From Alphaproteobacteria bacterium (GTDB taxonomy: Bacteria > Pseudomonadota > Alphaproteobacteria > Caulobacterales > Caulobacteraceae), in contig JAYTWT010000129.1 of the NCBI GenBank assembly GCA_043743295.1, forward strand, positions 1-40,391: a stretch of DNA of 40,391 nt. Direction: 5' to 3'. The translations under genes were made by a program, and so were the position numbers. Shown here piece by piece: positions 36,067 through 40,391 of this stretch (within the stretch, counting starts at the first letter, position 1; each line of letters begins with the position of its first letter). The notes under the pieces were generated by a model. It did no database searches and had not been told where the DNA came from. It was given only the letters and a program-made list of their open reading frames with translations.

Positions 36067-37171
36067 GACCAGGATCGTCGAGAGCCTGACCGACGTGGAT
36101 CGCGGGCAGTGGATGTCGCTCTTTCCGGATGAGCCGGAGGGCTACGACTATCTGGTGGCGGTCGAGCAGGCCGGTTTGCGGGGGTTCCGCTGGCGCTACC
36201 TGATGGTGTTCGATGCGGACCGGATCGTCGCTGCAGCCCCGGCTTTCCTGACTGAGTATCCCTTGGAAACGACACTTACGGGCAACGGAAGGCGTCTGGC
36301 AGAAGGCCTGCAGAGACTAACCCCAGGCCTATTGACGCTGCGCCTAGCCTGTATCGGGTCGCCCTGTTGTGAGGTCGCTCAGATGGGGTTTGCGCCGGAT
36401 CTGGAACCCGCAGCCGTAGACGCCGCGACCCGGGCGTTACTGGACGCCTTCGACGCCGAGGCGCAGCGCCAACGGTGCGGTCTCCTGGGTCTCAAGGATG
36501 TGGCCCGCCCGGCGACAACCCGTTGGGCGCGGGTGGCAGAAGCCGCTGGATATCGAGCAATCTCAGGATTGCCAACGGCGGTGCTCGATATCGATTTCCC
36601 GGACTCGGAGACCTATTTGGCGGGTCTTAGCCCCGGAACGCGCAAAGACATGCGTCGTAAACTGAAGGCACGCGACAGCGTCCGAATCGAGGTCCGAGGC
36701 GACATCGGCGATGAGATTGACGCGGTCATGCCGCTCTATGTCCAGACCCGGGCACGCGCGGAGATGACTTTGGAGGAACTTACGCCAGAATTCTTCGTCG
36801 GCGTTGGCCGACAGATGCCGGGCCGGGCGGTCTACGTCTTCTACTATCAGGGCAACGACTTACTGGCGGTGAACCTGTTGATTCAGACCGCCGGGACACT
36901 GCTAGACAAATTCTTCTGCATGGATGCAACGCGCGGGCGGCCCCTGAATCTCTATTTCTTGAGCTGGTTCACCAACGTCGAGCTGTGCTTGGCCCGAGGC
37001 CTTCATCGGTACCAAGCCGGTCAAGCGGCGTATCGCAACAAGATACGGCTGGGCAGCCGACTGGAACCGACCGCCAACTACTTTCGCCACCGCAACGCCC
37101 TGGTCAACGGTGCTTTGCGCCTAGCCGCGCCCTTATTCGCAGCTAGCCCTATGGAGCGGGAGGCGGCATGA
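36059..37171 (+). CDS. double-GNAT FemAB-like / Acetyltransf_6 family transferase
   Basis: YL.AVEQAG, F.D.ETYLAGLSPGTRKDMRRKLK, EELTPEFF, LYFLSWF.NVE.CL.RG and YQAGQAAY..K.RLG. Confidence 0.8.
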   Translation: MLETRIVESLTDVDRGQWMSLFPDEPEGYDYLVAVEQAGLRGFRWRYLMVFDADRIVAAAPAFLTEYPLETTLTGNGRRLAEGLQRLTPGLLTLRLACIGSPCCEVAQMGFAPDLEPAAVDAATRALLDAFDAEAQRQRCGLLGLKDVARPATTRWARVAEAAGYRAISGLPTAVLDIDFPDSETYLAGLSPGTRKDMRRKLKARDSVRIEVRGDIGDEIDAVMPLYVQTRARAEMTLEELTPEFFVGVGRQMPGRAVYVFYYQGNDLLAVNLLIQTAGTLLDKFFCMDATRGRPLNLYFLSWFTNVELCLARGLHRYQAGQAAYRNKIRLGSRLEPTANYFRHRNALVNGALRLAAPLFAASPMEREAA

Positions 37172-37593
37172 GCCTTTGGAACACAGGTCCGATTGCGAGT
37201 CTCAACCGCCGCCGGATCGCCCTTTGGGCGCTGTGCGGCGCGCTGCCTTTGCTAGGTCTGGGCTATCAGGTGGCGGCCAAACATACCGCGCTCATTCTGG
37301 CCGGAACATCGTTCGGAACCGCCTGGTTCGGAAAGTTGGTCACCTTGCCCAGCGCCTGGGCGCAGCTGGGACTTGAAGTCGTAACCTTCGGGGCCTGGAT
37401 GACTGTGCTGTCGACGATGAAGCTCAGTGCAGCGTTTCCGATGACGGCTTTGGGCTACGTGCTGGTGATCGCAGCGGGGTGGAGCCTTTTTCATGAGCCT
37501 GCGAGCCTGATGCAAGCTCTAGGCGGCGCGGCCATCCTGGTGGGGATATGGCTGATCGCCGACGGCGAGGCCGACGCGAGCGGGGCAGATTGA
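37168..37593 (+). CDS. small 4-TM SMR/EamA-like membrane protein (ArnE/F-like partner)
   Basis: 141 aa; WMTVLSTMKLSAAFPMTALGYVLV...LFHEP....LGGAAILVGIWLI. Confidence 0.85.
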   Translation: MSLWNTGPIASLNRRRIALWALCGALPLLGLGYQVAAKHTALILAGTSFGTAWFGKLVTLPSAWAQLGLEVVTFGAWMTVLSTMKLSAAFPMTALGYVLVIAAGWSLFHEPASLMQALGGAAILVGIWLIADGEADASGAD

Positions 37594-38720
37594 TGTCTAT
37601 CGCGCTGAAAACCCTGATCTATGAGTGGCGCCGGTTTGCGCCGGCGATGATCGCGGTGGCCTTCTCAGGCCTGCTAGTTCTTCTGCAGGCTGCCGTCATC
37701 CTTGGGATATTTTCGCTCTCTAGCCAGTATGTAACCCGCTCCGGTGCCGACCTCTGGATCGGCTATCCTGGCGTACAGAGTCTTGATCTGGGGCGACCGA
37801 TCAGCGGCGATGCCGAGGTGTTTGCCTGGATGGACCCACGGATTCAGCGGCTTGAACCTTTCCTCTGGGGCAGCGGGGAGTGGCGGACCCGAAGCCAGGG
37901 AATGGTCAATGTCTATATCGTGGGCGTGCAGCCAAATGCCGATGCGATGGCGTTGTCCAGCGCGCTCTCGCCGACCGAACGATGGGCAATCGCGGCACCG
38001 GACACTGTGCTGGTAGATGCCGCCGACATTGCAAAACTGCAGACTGCGGTGGGCGAGAGGGCCGAGATCAACGGACGCCACGTCCGCGTCGTGGGCGTGA
38101 CTCATGGCCTCAGGGCGCTGGGCGGCGTCAACGTCATTGCCTCGCCTACAACAGCCCGACGGCTCGACCCTGCCGCAGGACCCAACGGTCGGGTCGCCTA
38201 TCTTCTCGCGAAGGTGTCGCAACCGGGCGAAGCCAAGGCCGCCGCCGCAGCGCTCAATCGCGTCGGCGCGGCCCGGGGGTTCGAGGCGCTGACCGCCAAG
38301 GCGTTCGCACGTCGGACGACGCTCTACTGGCTCGTGGAGTCCGGTGCGGGGATCGCTTTCTTATTCGGTAGTGTCGTGGCGGTTCTCGTAGCCGTGGTGA
38401 TCACCAGCCAGACGCTGGCCGCCGCCGTCGCTGGCTCGTTGAAGGAGTATGCCGCGTTGCGAGCCCTCGGCTTTTCTATGCGCGCGCTACGCCGGATCGT
38501 TTTGGCCCAGAGCGCCTGGGTGGGGGTTGCCGGACTGGCGGCAGGTGGGTTCCTAACCTTTCTGCTGGTGCTCGTGGCCCGAGTCGGCGCGATCCCTGTC
38601 GTGCTGTCGCCGGCTATGATCGCTGTGGCGGCGGCACTGATTTTCGTAACCGCCCTTGGGTCCGGCGCGCTGGCGTTGCGGCGCGTGGGCCAGGCTGACC
38701 CGGCGACCTTGCTCCTATGA
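37593..38720 (+). CDS. ABC transporter permease, FtsX/MacB/DevC-like
   Basis: N-terminal TM, periplasmic domain (SGADLWI), EYAALRALG motif and three C-terminal TMs; ends ADPATLL. TGATG coupling to the previous gene. Confidence 0.9.
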   Translation: MSIALKTLIYEWRRFAPAMIAVAFSGLLVLLQAAVILGIFSLSSQYVTRSGADLWIGYPGVQSLDLGRPISGDAEVFAWMDPRIQRLEPFLWGSGEWRTRSQGMVNVYIVGVQPNADAMALSSALSPTERWAIAAPDTVLVDAADIAKLQTAVGERAEINGRHVRVVGVTHGLRALGGVNVIASPTTARRLDPAAGPNGRVAYLLAKVSQPGEAKAAAAALNRVGAARGFEALTAKAFARRTTLYWLVESGAGIAFLFGSVVAVLVAVVITSQTLAAAVAGSLKEYAALRALGFSMRALRRIVLAQSAWVGVAGLAAGGFLTFLLVLVARVGAIPVVLSPAMIAVAAALIFVTALGSGALALRRVGQADPATLLL

Positions 38721-39583
38721 AATACACTTCGATTTTCATTCTACTGGCGCTCGTCGGGTGTTCGTCGGCGGACAATGCGACTTCACCCGCCATTGCAAAC
38801 GCCCCACTGGCCGTGGCCAAGGGCGTGGTGGAATCACAAGCTGGGTTAGTGCGCGTTCTGGCGCCAGCCGATGGGACCATTGTCGCGATCGTGGCCGAGG
38901 AGGGCGATCACGTCGCCGCCGGCCAGGTCCTGGCGAGGTTGGACGACCGGCAGGCTCGCTTGGCCGCGGACGCCCTCTCAAGCGAAGTCGCCGAACGACG
39001 CGGCCAGGCCGACGGGGCCCAGGCTCAGGCTATCGGCGCAGTACGTGAAGCCAGGCGGCTGCGCGAGCTGGCCGATGCTGACGCCGCGCCGCGCCAGGAT
39101 GCGGACCTCGCCGCCACAGCCGCAGCCGCAGCCAACGGCCAAGTCCGGCAGACCCTCAACGCGCTGCTGACGGCAGAAGCGCGACAAAAACTGGGTGCCC
39201 TCGACCTGGAAAAACGAACCGTTCGTGCGCCTGTGGCCGGGCATATTCTACGCCGTAGTACGACCACCGGCGCATCCACTCTGGTGGCCAGCCCGCTATT
39301 CGTCCTGGAACCGGATGGCGCGCGCGTGGTCCGAGCCGAGTTGGACGAAGCGTTTGCAGACCGCGTGACCCCGTCTTCAAAGGCCGAGATCACGCGCGCG
39401 TTCCAACCCGGCGAGACCTGGCGCGGGCGGATCGTGCGGGTGTCTGACGTCTTGGCCAACCCGGTACAACTCGAAGAGCCCTCAGCTCATGCCGACGCCC
39501 GGGTGACCGTGGTGATCCTGGCCCTGCCGCCCGGCGCGAACCTGCGGCTGGGGCAGCGCGTACTGGTGCGGTTCAGCCGTTGA
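38717..39583 (+). CDS. HlyD-family periplasmic adaptor (membrane fusion protein), lipoprotein
   Basis: Lipobox LVGC; lipoyl half-motifs APADGTIVAIVAEEGDHVAAGQVLARLD and VRAPVAGHI flank a coiled coil; ends LRLGQRVLVRF. Confidence 0.92.
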   Translation: MKYTSIFILLALVGCSSADNATSPAIANAPLAVAKGVVESQAGLVRVLAPADGTIVAIVAEEGDHVAAGQVLARLDDRQARLAADALSSEVAERRGQADGAQAQAIGAVREARRLRELADADAAPRQDADLAATAAAAANGQVRQTLNALLTAEARQKLGALDLEKRTVRAPVAGHILRRSTTTGASTLVASPLFVLEPDGARVVRAELDEAFADRVTPSSKAEITRAFQPGETWRGRIVRVSDVLANPVQLEEPSAHADARVTVVILALPPGANLRLGQRVLVRFSR

Positions 39584-40391
39584 GACGCCTCAGCGCCATA
39601 GGCCTTGCCGCACTGGCTATGGGCTTAGCCGGGTGCGCAGACCTGAGCGCTGCTGACAAGGCACCGCGCAGCGACCCCGTTGGGCGACTGATTTCCCGGA
39701 CGCCCTCACCCTGGACGGCGGACCTCGGCGATCCGGTCCTAGCGGACATTCTGCGTCAGTCCGATGCCGGGAACCTGGACGTCAAATCAGCCCTGGCGCG
39801 GCTGGCGCGCGCGGATGCAGAGGTGGAGGCGGCTGTCGCCGCAAATCGCCTGAGGGTGGAAGCCGGCCTGGTCGGTGCCGTGGGGGGCGCGCGTCTGAAC
39901 AAGGGCACGTCGGCGGCAAGCCCTACCTTCGAAGCGGCCTATGAGTTTGACCCTTGGAAGCGGTTTGCACGCGCACGCGCTGCAGCAAAGTCTGATCGGC
40001 AAGCAGCGGCCTGGGACGTGGACGCTGCACGCTTGGCGGTCGGCGCGCAGACGGCTCAGACCTATGTGGATCTTCGTGCTGCGCAGGCGGCTCTTAGATC
40101 CTATGGGCGGCGAACGCTTCTGGCCAGCGATGCGGTTCGCCTCACCGAGGCCTCGCTGGCCTCAGGCCTTGTGACCTCTCAAGCCCTGGAAGCGAAGCGC
40201 CTCGATCTTGTCGTTGTGCAAACCCGATCCCAGGCTGGGGCCGATGAGATCGTCACCCTGACCCGAGTACTCGGGACCTTAACGGATCAACGCAGCCTTG
40301 CGATCCCAGACGGCGGCCTTCCCGCTGCGCCCGCGGCAACGCTGGTTCCGTCTTCAGAGCAGGTGGATCGTCGGCCCGATGTTCAAGCCGC
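39580..40391 (+). CDS. NodT/TolC-family outer-membrane factor lipoprotein (3' end beyond the window; absent from the ORF track)
   Basis: Translated by hand from TTG 39580, which overlaps the MFP stop: MRRLSAIGLAALAMGLAGC (lipobox), LGDPVLADIL....GNLDVKSALARL, AAYEFDPW, QTYVDLRAAQ and RRPDVQA. Confidence 0.9.
   Translation, partial: MRRLSAIGLAALAMGLAGCADLSAADKAPRSDPVGRLISRTPSPWTADLGDPVLADILRQSDAGNLDVKSALARLARADAEVEAAVAANRLRVEAGLVGAVGGARLNKGTSAASPTFEAAYEFDPWKRFARARAAAKSDRQAAAWDVDAARLAVGAQTAQTYVDLRAAQAALRSYGRRTLLASDAVRLTEASLASGLVTSQALEAKRLDLVVVQTRSQAGADEIVTLTRVLGTLTDQRSLAIPDGGLPAAPAATLVPSSEQVDRRPDVQA

Overview
High-GC alphaproteobacterial DNA; gene content suggests Caulobacteraceae (inference). 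Bases 1-4540 look like core chromosome: KgtP-like MFS transporter, MmcQ/YjbR protein, msrA, a TPR protein, a monohaem cytochrome c protein and tRNA-Ser(GGA). After the tRNA come three accessory blocks. (1) An exported CocE/NonD hydrolase and a convergent TetR gene that share a TTGGTA-N4-TACCAA palindrome. (2) A 24-kb minus-strand locus with two mirror-ordered modules, CHAT-TpsA-TpsB and TpsB-TpsA-CHAT. Each couples a two-partner-secreted haemagglutinin-like protein with a C-terminal Cys pair to a signal-peptide-bearing CHAT (caspase-like) protease with an intact His/Cys dyad. The larger TpsA (about 3600 aa) is split by an apparent 22-bp deletion. (3) A divergent, tightly coupled operon of at least 10 genes: HAD phosphatase, class III aminotransferase, arginase-fold protein, two small SMR/EamA-like proteins, a Cys-nucleophile alpha/beta hydrolase, a FemAB-like GNAT, an ABC permease, an MFP and an outer-membrane factor. 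It looks like an uncharacterised biosynthesis-and-export cluster. I saw no integrase, transposase or CRISPR array. All calls come from reading motifs by eye; no searches were run.
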